A stretch of 63,923 bases of DNA, filler included, from Octopus bimaculoides (GCF_001194135.2; 6 parts of 5 records of this genome joined end to end with filler, not necessarily neighbours in it), one strand, 5' to 3'. Positions 48,930 through 61,035 are shown, counted from the whole stretch's first letter. Numbers and translations: made by a program. The notes: a model not told the origin generated them from the letters alone.

Positions 48930-50418
48930 TCACACACACACTCGCAAACACTCCTACTGCTTGCTTTCTTTAGCACTTTCTTTTACCTCTTGACAAACAT
49001 CTTGTACAATGCCTTGATGAATGGCAGCGTTGAGTCGACGTCCGCCAGAGACAGAAGGAGTGAAAGAATGAGAAAGTGAGTTACAGCACACGTACATTGC
49101 TATATATATATGCATGTACTTGTATGTATAAGTGCATGTGTGTGTGTGTGCGCGTGCGTGTGCGTGTGTGTGTTTGCATATTACCATAGTGTAGTATGGT
49201 TTGGTATGTAATATGGTAAAATGTAAAATGGCGTAATACAGTAAGATAGCGTCGAAGCAGAATACAGCGCTCTTGAGTTAGAATTGAGATGTAGTAAATG
49301 TAGTAAAGTAGTTGTAGCCAGTGGTACAGTCTACTACACTGACATTGTGACATAACATAGTATAATTGTGTATGAGGCTACTTATTTGCGGTACTGCGCG
49401 ATGGAAATAAAATAAAAGAACAGACTCAGTTACACACGCATGCAAGTAAGAAAATAAAAGAATGAATCCAAACAAAAGGCGAGCAGGGGCTTGCAAGAGC
49501 TTGCAGGTGCTTGCAGGGGCTTCCAAAAGATTGCAGGGACTTGCAGGGGATGTATGGAATTCACAGTGCGTCGAATAGCCAGAGATGAACTGATGGATTA
49601 CCTAAACAAACTGCAGGAAGATTTAGAGAAAGGTTAAGTGCAGTTTTAACGATGAAATGGGTCTCGAAACATAGGTTACTCGTGAAAAGTACTTTGCAGT
49701 CCTATGAGCAGTCGTACATTAACCATGAGAAGGGTGCTGGCCCTTCTGGGACAGAACAATGCAGAGTACACGTAAGCGTAAAGTGAATAGTTCCGAAGGG
49801 TGCTCGGATGGCGGTTTTGATTTATATTCGTTTACATACGTACATACATACATACAGACAGACATACATACAGACATATATATATACATATATATATATA
49901 NNNNNNNNNNTAGTATTCTTAAGGTTGCAATTTACTCACACACAGCATCTTTCAGAACTTGTCACTAATTCAGTTCTTAACCAAATAGAAAACCGTTGAT
50001 ATATTTGAAGAGGACTGGCCCCTAGCTACATTTTGGCATAAGACAATTGAGATTTGGTCCAGTAGAAAAAAGTTTACATCAAAATTTGTAGCGACGTTAT
50101 AGGAGAGTAAGTAACACCACCAATCAAGTTTAGATCTAAATAACTTGTTAAATTTTAAAAGCAAGATATATTTATCTTAGCTTCAATGAAAGAAGAAAAC
50201 GTAAAGAATTTTATAGTTTTGATCTCATGCCACAAAAAGTTTTATCAAAAAAGTTGTGAGGTAAAATATCATGAAAAAAAAATATAAGTAAGGCAAAAAA
50301 TTGGAGTTAAGTATAACTTTTTTATTTCAAAAACAAACTATATCTTACTTCGTTTTGGATTTGGTTTGCAAGATTCTTTATGTGAGTTTGTTTGTTGAAG
50401 CATATTTTGTTGTGTCTG

Positions 50419-50682
50419 GGGAGAGTTATTCTCTTTTTTAGTGCCTTATTATTTAACACACTCATCGGTAAAGTTTCCACTCATTTACTTGCTTATTTTT
50501 CCTAAAATTTTCGATGCGTCTTGCAACCTTTTCAATAGTCATTGACAGAGTCAACGGACATCGACTATTGAAAAGGTTGCAAGACGCAACAAGAATTTTA
50601 GGAAAAATAAGCAAGTGAATGAGTGGAAACTTTACCGGTGAGTGTGTTATATAATGAGGCACTAAAAGAGAATGACTCTCCC
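50419..50682. mobile_element. Palindromic (foldback) MITE
   Basis: Arms of ~120 bp at 50419-50540 and 50563-50682 (GGGAGAGT.ATTCTC...TTCAATAGTC and its reverse complement), ~22-nt spacer, few mismatches. Confidence 0.85.
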
Positions 50683-51011
50683 AAACTATATTTCAATTAA
50701 GCTTAAACGAAAGATCTTAATTCGAGGAATTTCATGGTATCAATCTCATGCAATGAAGTTTTAAAAGAAAAAAAATTATGAATGTTTGTTTCTCAAATTT
50801 GAGGGTGAAAATATAGTTCTATACTTTTTTAATGAATGTAGATCTAGGGGACTTTTGATATATGTCACTGGCATCATTGAGGTAAGGAAAAAATTTTCAA
50901 CGACACCACTAATTGACACATTTGATACATTATTAATTAGCATAATAGCATAACCTGGAAAAAACATGGATTACATGGAAAAATGCGAGTAAGAAAATAA
51001 TATTCTTAAGA

Positions 51012-51323
51012 CTATAAATCTGGATAAGTACAAGACAAGTCATTACATCTGGTAAAGTACAGAACAAGAAAATGTTTACTTAAAATATTGCAGCTAAGGA
51101 TAAAATATTTTGAGTTATTTTTAATTTTTGATACAAGTAACAAGTAATAACAAATAGAAGTAATAACTTGTAATAAAATTTTTAGTTTTAATAAAAGCTA
51201 ATATTTTCTAGCCGCAATGCTTTAAGCAAAAATTTTCTTGTTCTGTACTTTACTAGATGTAATGACTTGTCCTGAACTTTACCAAGTGTAATAACGTGAC
51301 CTGTACTTTTCCAGAGTATATAG
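51012..51323. mobile_element. MITE with ~80-100-bp TIRs and an AT-rich spacer
   Basis: GACAAGTCATTACATCT.GTAAAGTACAGAACAAGAAAAT (51034 onward) pairs with its reverse complement at 51232-51271. The right arm has an extra ~30-bp subrepeat. Confidence 0.75.
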
Positions 51324-51589
51324 ACATGTTTATTATGTGTGTATGTATACTGATTATATAAGGTACTGTCTGTGTCACACTATTGAATTGAAAGTGTCAT
51401 GCGTAGAATATGGACTGTAACAAGCAGAGATTATTTAATGGGTTTTATTTATACTGAGCAAATATTTGTGTTTTATAATTTCAATTCGTACATTTACGGA
51501 TTATATAATGTACTTCACCCAACCCGTCTTTCTATAATTTTTCCGTCTTTGTATTAACCTGGTTAATGTTTGCATTTTTCTATATCTCT

Positions 51590-52135
51590 TTGAAACCTTG
51601 TGGCAAATGAAGAAATTAACTGCGAAGGAAAGGCAGTGTTTATATGCCTGGTGGCCAAGGTGAAAGTGGTTCTATGGTGGACAAGATTGAAGGGGTTGAA
51701 GACAAACACTTTTCTCTTTGGCCAATCCCTGATCAACTTCTTCAAGTTTCACTTGAAAAGGAAGATAAGAGTAGCGAGGGAAGTGTGGTCATCTAGCTAG
51801 TTTACTGAAAGGTAGATGAAAGTGGCGAGAATATTACGAGTGAACGAGCCTACCCTGAGCACACGACTGTAGTAAGAAAAAAAGGAAAGGAGAAAAGGCA
51901 CCTTCTCCAAATGTCAGGGTACCCATGGTTTTTTATGGGGTTTTTCCATGAGCAGCCCTCGAACGTCTCCCTATTGAGGATCACACATTGTTGATTTTAA
52001 AACATTTTGTTAGTCTTGTTTACACGTAAAACCCTCAAAACTCACATTCACACACACACACACACTCTTTGTTTTGTCCTGTACTGTCCATAATTTTTTT
52101 CTTAATGTAAGCCCTTGTGGTTAATAAAGAAATTA
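51590..52135 (+). mobile_element. L1/Tx1-clade LINE 3' end (ORF2 C-terminus plus 3' UTR)
   Basis: FICLVAKVKVVLWWTRLKGLKTNTFLFGQSLINFFKFHLKRKIRVAREV..FTER*MKVAR resembles Tx1 ORF2 C-termini (recalled, not searched). Ends AATAAAGAA followed by (ATT)n. Confidence 0.6.
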
Positions 52136-52155
52136 TTATTATTATTATTATTATT

Positions 52156-52749
52156 GAGTGAGAGAGTACTGCATGCCATAAAAGTGACACTGGGGTAAAG
52201 TATACGAAACCCAGCATACCCATTATGACTGATAAGTGTACACCAGGCACATGCATCATAACCATATGTGCACGACATGGTGATCTCATATCAAGATAAA
52301 CAACGCATGACCTTGCAGGTGGGACCCAGTTAGAATTTTCTTCAGGTTGAGTAGCCCATCTCGCTCAAAAAGTCCTTGAATAAGGGTTGTTTAAAGATGT
52401 TTCCAGAGATGAATAATCCAAACTCCAAAGAATTCCTCTCAATATGATGCCTCCCACTACTTCTGTTCGTGATCAGATATGCAGATATCATCAGCCACTA
52501 ACCAGTTATGATCAAGCAACGGACAAGCAAATCTGTGGTATTGAGCAAAATACTTGCTGTAATCCATCTTTTATACCAAGACAAAACAATGTGCATAACA
52601 CTTCCAGTCAGTTAAGATCAGAAGCCATGAGAGCCACTGTCTGGTACTACATCAGGGCATAGCCACTGTCTGGTACTGGATCAGGGCATTATCCACCGTC
52701 TGTTACTGTATCAGGGCATAGTCACTGTCTGGTACTGCATCATGGCATT
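52156..52749 (-). mobile_element. ~600-bp non-coding interspersed repeat family E, (AAT)n-flanked; second copy at 57845-58327
   Basis: The two copies are colinear over ~480 bp (GAGTGAGAGAG..GTGACACTGGGGTA..GCATGACCTTGCAGGTGG..AAGATCAGAAGCCATGAG). This copy ends in four 29-bp tandem units. Strand is inferred from the (AAT)n tail. Confidence 0.8.
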
Positions 52750-52777
52750 TATTATTATTATTATCATTATTATTATT

Positions 52778-53154
52778 CAGTAGTTTTATTTTTATAGCGT
52801 GCTTTCACTTCACTACCGAGTGCAGGTCTGTGTGCCTTGGGTATGCGCTGTGGTCTGCTGTGATGCTCTTATGGTTACTGTATTGAAAGTGTTTTGCGTA
52901 GGATGTGTGAAGTGCCCAGTAGTGCAATTTTCTGTATGTTATATATATTTGTAAGTCCTGGTGTTTTTGTTATGTATTTGTCTGAATTTTTTTTTTATCA
53001 TACCTAAGGCACCTACTATGATAGGAATTGTTTCTGTTTTTAGATTCCACATTCTAGTTACCTCTATTCCAGGTCTTTGTATTTTGAAAGTTTCTCCATT
53101 TCTTTTAGGGAAACGTTGTCATCTGCTGGTATTGATACATCAATTAGAAAACAT
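52778..53154 (-). mobile_element. R4/Dong-type RLE LINE 3' end with (AAT)n tail
   Basis: LIDVSIPADDNV..KEMEKLSKYKDL..TRMWNLKTETIPIIVGALG..QKIALLGTSHILRKTLSIQ*. Confidence 0.88.
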
Positions 53155-53254
53155 NNNNNNNNNNNNNNNNNNNNNNNNNNNNNNNNNNNNNNNNNNNNTT
53201 AATTAATTAANNNNNNNNNNNNNNNNNNNNNNNNNNNNNNNNNNNNNNNNNNNN

Positions 53255-53286
<32 letters not shown>

Positions 53287-53483
53287 TATATATATATATA
53301 TATAGGATGGTTCTTCGTCGTTTGACCATGGAGATTTACTTGTTCGATCAACTGGATTATCCTCCCCCGAATTAACTTGTTATTGGCCCAGTATTCCATA
53401 GACACGTGTGTCCTTAAAGTAGTTCTCAAGCAGAACGAGTGGGGCAAGTCTGAACCGTTTTAATTATTCAATTACAATCTATT

Positions 53484-53645
53484 TGACGGTCTTCCTTACA
53501 GTTTCCTTCTCTCTAATTTCACTCACAAAGTACGAGCTGACTCGTGACTGTAGAAGATGATATTAGCTCAAGATGTCACCACTCTGAGGTCGAACTTGTG
53601 ATGCCTTGGTTCAGAAGCAACCTTCTTAACCAATCGACGGAACTG
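53484..53645 (-). mobile_element. SINE family C, diverged
   Basis: Minus strand GGTTAAGAAGGTTGCTTCTGAACC..TCTTCTACAGTC..GAAACTGTAAGGAAGACCGTC, colinear with 28834-29000. Confidence 0.55.
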
Positions 53646-53649
53646 TATC

Positions 53650-53717
<68 letters not shown>

Positions 53718-56136
53718 NNNNNNNNNNNNNNNNNNNNNNNNNNNNNNNNNNNNNNNNNNNNNNNNNNNNNNNNNNNNNNNNNNNNNNNNNNNNNNNNNNN
53801 NNNNNNNNNNNNNNNNNNNNNNNNNNNNNNNNNNNNNNNNNNNNNNNNNNNNNNNNNNNNNNNNNNNNNNNNNNNNNNNNNNNNNNNNNNNNNNNNNNNN
53901 NNNNNNNNNNNNNNNNNNNNNNNNNNNNNNNNNNNNNNNNNNNNNNNNNNNNNNNNNNNNNNNNNNNNNNNNNNNNNNNNNNNNNNNNNNNNNNNNATCA
54001 AACTTAGGTCTCTAAAGACGCTCGGGAAATTATCAGCCGCGCACCTTTACTTTTCAGTCGACCCAAAGTGATCCCAATGACCAATCTCCATGGTATTTAT
54101 TGATTTATTATGTTATTACTGCTTATGACAAAACATTTTAATTATGAGGAAATCATTACGAAGGACTTTCCGTCCATGAACATCCCACCTTAATCTTTTA
54201 CGCGTGATGTTGTCCAACGTATTTTCCTATTTTTTTTAAACGGAAAGAATGTAATTTGAAGAGAGAATTAACTGCTCTGCTCACACACACGCACACACTC
54301 GCCCGCACGCATGTACGCACACATACAGGTATACGCACACACATATCGTCACACGCCATTTCTGCTATTGCTGATTCTGTCAACATTTGTACAATACAGT
54401 AATGTTATGCGTAAAAGTTACGTCTCTGACGACTGAATGCTACGTCTTGATTATGTAATTGACATTATGTAACTAACAATTACCTTGTGTTAAAGAAACG
54501 TGCGTAAGATGCTGCAACTAAATAGCTTATAAATAACCTCTCATGTTTTGTTTTATTATTTTTTTTTGTGTTTGCATGTGTTCTGTAAAGCCTCCAAACC
54601 CCGGTTCATAACAACTGTAATAATATTAGCAGGAATACATATGGAGTTCTAAAAACTAGTTATTTATCGCACAGTTTAAAGTTTAAATTGCACTATACCA
54701 ATACGTCTTCATACAGACACACGCAGACGCACAAAGATTTACGTATGGACGCTAAACGTAAATCAAACTATATATCTAAAAAATATGTTATTAGGATATG
54801 AATAATGAAGAGATGTAAAGGGGTGTCTATGATTCCATAAAGTACTAGCTCTGAGAAGGTTTTGCAGGAGTCTAGCTTGTTATGAGAAAGAGAGCGTCCA
54901 TCTTCATGGTAGGGCTCCCCACACCCTACAAAAAAAAAAACAAAAACAAAAAGAACAAACAATAACAAACGTGTTTGTGGGATGGGGAAATATATATAAG
55001 GAGACGGCTGCTGAAGTAAGATGTAGGAGGAAGGGTGATATAAGTTTATAAATACCAGCCTCACTGCATATCCATATAAATTCCCCAAGTACGCACATTC
55101 ATGTGTGTGTGTGGCGTGAGTGTGTATGAGTGTATGTGTGTGTATGCATACACATATACATATATATATATATANNNNNNNNNNNNNNNNNNNNNNNNNN
55201 NNNNNNNNNNNNNNNNNNNNNNNNNNNNNNNNNNNNNNNNNNNNNNNNNNNNNNNNNNNNNNNNNNNNNNNNNNNNNNNNNNNNNNNNNNNNNNNNNNNN
55301 NNNNNNNNNNNNNNNNNNNNNNNNNNNNNNNNNNNNNNNNNNNNNNNNNNNNNNNNNNNNNNNNNNNNNNNNNNNNNNNNNNNNNNNNNNNNNNNNNNNN
55401 NNNNNNNNNNNNNNNNNNNNNNNNNNNNNNNNNNNNNNNNNNNNNNNNNNNNNNNNNNNNNNNNNNNNNNNNNNNNNNNNNNNNNNNNNNNNNNNNNNNN
55501 NNNNNNNNNNNNNNNNNNNNNNNNNNNNNNNNNNNNNNNNNNNNNNNNNNNNNNNNNNNNNNNNNNNNNNNNNNNNNNNNNNNNNNNNNNNNNNNNNNNN
55601 NNNNNNNNNNNNNNNNNNNNNNNNNNNNNNNNNNNNNNNNNNNNNNNNNNNNNNNNNNNNNNNNNNNNNNNNNNNNNNNNNNNNNNNNNNNNNNNNNNNN
55701 NNNNNNNNNNNNNNNNNNNNNNNNNNNNNNNNNNNNNNATATATATATATGCGGGGCAACTGTTTTCTTGAAGGCACATATTACCGTGAATTGCTCGAAA
55801 TGTGGAGTAGATAAACAGCCGACAACTGATGAAGGGTCGTTCTTTATGTTACTTGTCTTCTTATCCATTTGTTTCTCTCGTTGTTCGCAGAAAAAAGTTT
55901 GTCTTCGTATTTCATGTTGTTTACGCTTTGTGACGTCCTGTACCCATATATTCATATATTTTTTATTTATATTATATACATACATACATACATACATACA
56001 TCAGGTTATCCAGGTTAACCCTCATCCGAAAGTTCAAACCCATACGTCTGGATGTACAGACGGGAAAAAAGTACTCAATACATGATCTAGAGTACATTAA
56101 TTCGTCCAACAGTGATGATTATTTCTGCCGATTCAC

Positions 56137-56272
56137 GGCTTAGCTGTCCTTATGGGCAATGGTTAAGAAGTTGTCAGGTTGGTACATCTTGGGTGTCTTT
56201 CGCATAGTCTCGAGTGAATCTAACCTTTGTAACTGACAATGGATAGAGGGGAAACTGCAGAGAAACCCGTCA
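56137..56272 (+). mobile_element. SINE family C, diverged
   Basis: TGGTTAAGAAG..GTGTCTTTCG.ATAGTCTCGAG..GGAAACTGCAGAGAAACCCGTC. Confidence 0.5.
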
Positions 56273-56364
56273 AGTAGATTAATTTAATTTGATAAGCAGG
56301 TAGCCTTAGTTGGTCGAACAAGTGGGCGCTCTTACGTTGCTCTCAACGAAAGAGAGTTTTGGGT

Positions 56365-56488
56365 ATAAATATATATATGCATGATCCTTAAATTGCATGA
56401 TACTTAAATTGGATGATCCTTAAATTGCATGATCCTTAAATGCATGATCCTTAAATATATATAAATATATATGCATGATCCTTAAATT
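56365..56488. repeat. 16-bp minisatellite (GCATGATCCTTAAATT), five tandem copies plus one
   Basis: Directly visible. Confidence 0.9.
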
Positions 56489-56872
56489 GAATTCTGTATT
56501 GAACCGATGCTGAATTTATCGATCTCTAAAAGGTAAACGTCGGCCTCAGTGGGCTGTAAACACGGAATTTAGAGGTAAATACCGAAAGTTCCTTTGTCCA
56601 ACACTCTACCGTTTCAGCAAACCATTCTCATCTGTTGATTATTAAATTTTGATATGGAACAAGGCGGCACATCTTAGGAGACAGAATATATTCGGTTAAA
56701 TAGNNNNNNNNNNNNNNNNNNNNNNNNNNNNNNNNNNNNNNNNNNNNTTAATTAATTAANNNNNNNNNNNNNNNNNNNNNNNNNNNNNNNNNNNNNNNNN
56801 NNNATATATATATAATTATGTATGTATGTATGTATGTATCTATCTATCTATCTGTCTATCTGTCTATCTGTA

Positions 56873-56907
<35 letters not shown>

Positions 56908-57060
56908 ATGCATGCACTTATGTAAAAACATGGAGAGAAAGAGTGATATACATAGACAAACAAACAGATATTGGAATATGAAAAATTCAATAAATATTTC
57001 TCTGAGTTCACATATCCGATATTCGCGCGGTAATGGACGCTGGAACAATGGTAAGACAAC

Positions 57061-57253
57061 AAGATGGCGGAGTTGTTAGAGAGTCAAAATTAGTTTCGGC
57101 TCTTTACCTTCTGGGTTCAAAGCTCACTGAGGTCAACTTTGCTTTCCATCTTTTGTGGTCGATAAAATAAAGTACTATTCAACTACCGAGGTTAACTGCT
57201 ACCGGCTAACACTTCCGACTAAAATTGCTGGCCTTGTGTCGAAATTTGGAAAA

Positions 57254-57254
<1 letters not shown>
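57061..57254 (+). mobile_element. SINE family A, diverged, followed by (ATT)n
   Basis: GGGTTCAAA..GAGGTCAACTTTGCTTTCCATC..GGTCGATAAAATA..TTGCTGGCCTTGTG. Confidence 0.7.
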
Positions 57255-57294
<40 letters not shown>

Positions 57295-57318
57295 GTTTCT
57301 TTTCATTATAACTTTATT

Positions 57319-57433
57319 TCAGCTGCCTTAGTTGAGTGCTGATACTTCCAAGTGCACTAATTATTACTGGTATCACGTCTACTCTCTTCATTGACCACAA
57401 TCTTCGTATTTCCCACTTCAAATCGTCATAGTT
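57319..57433 (-). mobile_element. RLE LINE internal fragment (second R4-like family)
   Basis: YDDLKWEIRRLWSMKRVDVIPVIISALGSIS. Confidence 0.75.
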
Positions 57434-57533
57434 GTTCATTTTTTTCTTCTTCTTCTTTCACATTGATCTTGTTGTTTTGCTTATTTTGTCTTCTTCTTTC
57501 GCATTGATATTATTATCATTATTACTATTATTA

Positions 57534-57799
57534 AGTAGTCTTGTTTTTATCACGTGCTATCACTGCACTACCGAGCGCAGCTCTGTGTGCTTTGGGTATG
57601 TGCTGTGGTTTGTTAATGGTGCTCTTATTTTCACTGTATCGAAAGTGTTTTACGTAGGATGTGTGCAGTGACTAGTAGTGTTATTTTCTGTATGTTATAC
57701 ATACATGTAAGTCCTGGTGTTTTTGTTATGTATTTGTCTGTATGTCTTTTTATCATACCTAATGCGCGTACTATGATAGGAATTATTTCTGTTTTTAGT
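57534..57799 (-). mobile_element. R4/Dong-type RLE LINE 3' end, same family as 52778-53154
   Basis: Colinear with 52778-53045 (CACTACCGAG.GCAG.TCTGTGTGC..TTTTGTTATGTATTTGTCTG..ACTATGATAGGAATT). Confidence 0.85.
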
Positions 57800-57844
57800 C
57801 TCCCATGCCTTGTGCCTATAGTAGAAAGGATTATTATTATTATT

Positions 57845-58327
57845 GAGTGAGAGAGCAGTGCATGCCATCAAAGTGACACTGGGGTACAAATATACGAAGC
57901 CCAGTATCATAACTACCCGTCTGATAAACGTACATCAGCCGCATGCATCACAACCAAATGTGCGCGACATGGTGGTCTCATATCAAGATAAACAGCGCAT
58001 GACCTTGCAGGTGGAGGCCAGTTAGAATTTACTTCAAGTTGAGCAGCCCATCCCGCTCAAAAGGTCCTTGAATAAGGGTTGTTTAAGGATGTTGAACGAA
58101 ACAACCATGTTTCCAGAGGTGAATTATCCAAACCACAAAGAATTCCTTTCAACACATGGCTATGATGCTCCCCCACTACTTCTGCTCGTGCCACTAAGGG
58201 ACATGCTCAACTGGTTAATGTCAAACAACTGACAAGCAAATTTGTGGTACTAAGCAGAATATTTGCTTTAGCCCAGTCAATTAAGATCAGAAGCCATGAG
58301 TGACACTGACTGGTACTGCAATAGGAC
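57845..58327 (-). mobile_element. Repeat family E, second copy
   Basis: Colinear with 52156-52749; has only one terminal 29-bp-type unit. Confidence 0.8.
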
Positions 58328-58364
58328 TATTATTATTATCATCATTATCATCATCATCATCATT

Positions 58365-58547
58365 AAGGCGGCGCGCTGGCAGAATCGTTAGCACGCCGGA
58401 CGAAATGTTTACGTTCTGAGTTCAAATTCCGCCAAGCTGGAATTTGCCTTTCATCCTTTCTGGGTCAAGAAAGAAGTACCAGTTAAGCACTAGGGGCCAT
58501 ATAATCGACTAGCCCCCCCCCCTCCCCTTGTGTCTATCGTAGAAAGA
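58365..58547 (+). mobile_element. SINE family A
   Basis: AAGGCGGCGCGCTGGCAGAATCGTTAGCACGCCGG..TCTGAGTTCAAATTCCGCC..TGCCTTTCATCCTTTC. Confidence 0.85.
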
Positions 58548-58567
58548 ATTATTATCATTATCATCAT

Positions 58568-58712
58568 TTTGGTTTGGTTCAGGTTCGGCCTTATTCCTGA
58601 TAGAATTTATGTGGGTAGCGGGTTACTCCCTGTAACCGTAAGTATCCACAAGTTTTCAGCAGTCTTTCAAGTGCTTAGAACCCTTCTGATAATCCCTGCT
58701 GTCCCTGAGAGA
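58568..58712 (-). mobile_element. RLE LINE extreme 3' end plus UTR
   Basis: GTAGIIRRVLST* followed by a short UTR and an (AAT/GAT)n tail. Confidence 0.7.
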
Positions 58713-58716
58713 CAAA

Positions 58717-58730
58717 TTATAATAATAATA

Positions 58731-58795
<65 letters not shown>

Positions 58796-58860
58796 CATTA
58801 TTATTATTATTATCATCATCATCATCATTATTATTATTGTTGTTGTTGTTGTTGTTATTG

Positions 58861-58917
<57 letters not shown>
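58717..58917. repeat. ~200-bp (ATT)n/(ATC)n/(GTT)n microsatellite
   Basis: Directly visible; source of the poly-I and poly-N ORFs. Confidence 0.95.
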
Positions 58918-58918
<1 letters not shown>

Positions 58919-60981
58919 AGCCGAGTGGATGCTGACAAATAAACAAGTAAGTATTAGTGACCTCTAGATTATAGACTGCTGACGTAATCCCTGTCATCCA
59001 TCTTATCAAGCTGAGAGATTTCTCTCCAGAGGGATGTGTGACCCTTCTCGGCCTAGCTAAAGCCGGAATTATTCAGGAGCAGTTTTAGGGGACTCAGCTT
59101 ACGTAACTGCTTGGATCTGTTGGTTGTCAGCTTCCACCACTCGACTGTTCCTTTCACAAAAATTGTGCTTTAGTTCCTCTAATTGATACGCTGTCAGGAG
59201 AAAACGATTCTTTAGATTTCTGGTAAAACTTCGTGCTTTAACTTTTGTACAAGATATCACCGTAATTTTTAAGTAGATAACATTTTAACAGATTAAAGAC
59301 TATTGATAAGTTTTGAAGCTACAAATTCGAAAGTAGTCCACAAAGTAATTAACTAATACCAAAAATTATGTTTGTTGGTGACTTGAGACCCAGATTTCAG
59401 GGGATCAACTATTGTCAGATTTGTGATGTCTTCGAATATGTAGCAGACAGCAGGAAAATTTTTCTTCTTTTATTTTTTTAGGTAAAAACGCCACCTATCA
59501 CGCATAGAAGCACGTTTAGAAGAATTACTCGATCAGTTAGAGAATTAAAATATAGTCTTTGTATCGAACTAGTTGTGTTCTTTTGTAATAGTGCATAGAC
59601 AATTAACCGAAATACATGCAGAAGATTTATACTAAAACAATGAACGGCTCGTTTCAAAAGTGCAGATTTTCTCAACTGATAGCATTTTACGTTCAAAAAG
59701 ATTAATTTTGATTGAACGTGTTCTGAGAAGAGCAAACATACCAATGGCCACTCTTTTGAATAACAAAAATCAAACCACAGAGTGTTATCGTGTTGGAAGA
59801 GCTTTACGAAAGAAATATGTTTCACAAGTTAATGATTCAATATTAGATATAATAAAGCTACAAGCTTTACCTCGGGTAGGAACCAATGGTTAAATTAGAT
59901 TGGCTATTGTCGAGTGCACCACATAACACACGGCGGATACTTAAAGAAATGGGCTGTCAGAGATGAGATTAGAAAGAGATCATTATTATCATCATTTGAA
60001 GTACAGTGGTGTGACAGAAAAGATAAGGTCCGTTAATTAGTTATGGCATCTTAATTTCTGCATTCAGTAAGGACAAGGTTTCAATCACATAAATACCAAT
60101 CATGTAATAGAGTTAATATTTTGTATTAATAGTGGAGAATGATCATTATTAAGAAGCCGGTGCGGTGGTACAAATTTGACTGAGAAAATGGTTCGAAGTG
60201 TTCGATTGTACACTTCGATGCCTTTTAATTTAGTGTTATAAGATGGCTGCCTCAGAAGTAGAAGGAAAAAGTGCTAGCGCCAAAGTGGTGGTTAGTTGGT
60301 TGGTAGCAGTAATGCAAAACAAACAAGTCTTAAAATTGTTAATCAAACATGCCGACAGAGCTTCGAACTTGGACATGTATGCTTGTGCAATAGAAGGTAT
60401 AAAAAAAGAGAATATTGGTGAAAACACTGAATGAAAATAAAGTTTGAATTAAAAAAAAAGAAAGGACAGAAGCAACAGCAACAATGTTCCATTCTTTACA
60501 AATACTGTGGAACAAAGCGAGTGATTTAATTTGGACCCAAATAAGTAAACGAAGTGGATTAGGTAAGTCGCAAAAGGGAAGGTTTGGTTTGTATTTCAAG
60601 TAATCGCATAAGAAGCTCTCTCTCGGTGATTCATGGTGGTGCTGGCCATGATGGTCGTTGATGTCGTCTTTGTAGAAGTCACGGTCGTTTGTCGTGAGTG
60701 TAAGAACGGTGACAGTCTCGCAGCAGAGACAATCCAAAAACAGAGGTGTGCGTGTATGTATGCGCGCACGTGCATGTATGTGTGTGTGGGAGAGCGAGAG
60801 AGTTTGTATGTATGTATATATATGCATGTATTTACGTATGTATTTACGTATGTATTTACGTATGTGTTTGTGTGTGTTTGTGTGTGTGTGTGTGTGTGTG
60901 CGTGTGTGTGTGTGTATGTGTGTGTGTGATCGTTTGCCTTTCATTTTTGTTTTAATTTCTCGTTTATGCATGTTTTTAGCT

Positions 60982-61013
<32 letters not shown>

Positions 61014-61035
61014 TACACATACACACACACACATA

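Noticed and set aside
49635-49680. ACGATGAAATGGGTCTCGAAACATAGGTT, hammerhead-like
   Set aside because: The core is mutated and stem II has no 5' arm; too degenerate to call.
52632-52748. Regular 29-bp direct repeats superficially like a CRISPR array
   Set aside because: Contiguous tandem units with no unique spacers, no cas genes, and a eukaryotic context.
58530-59009. Poly-Ile and poly-Asn ORFs
   Set aside because: Translations of the (ATT)n array.
58918-59150. GC-richer segment next to (ATT)n tested as an HDV-like ribozyme or LINE UTR
   Set aside because: I could not build the P1/P3/P1.1 nested pseudoknot by eye; identity unresolved.
59660-60434. Short non-repetitive ORFs (77 aa and 63 aa)
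   Set aside because: No recognisable domain, and this length is expected by chance.
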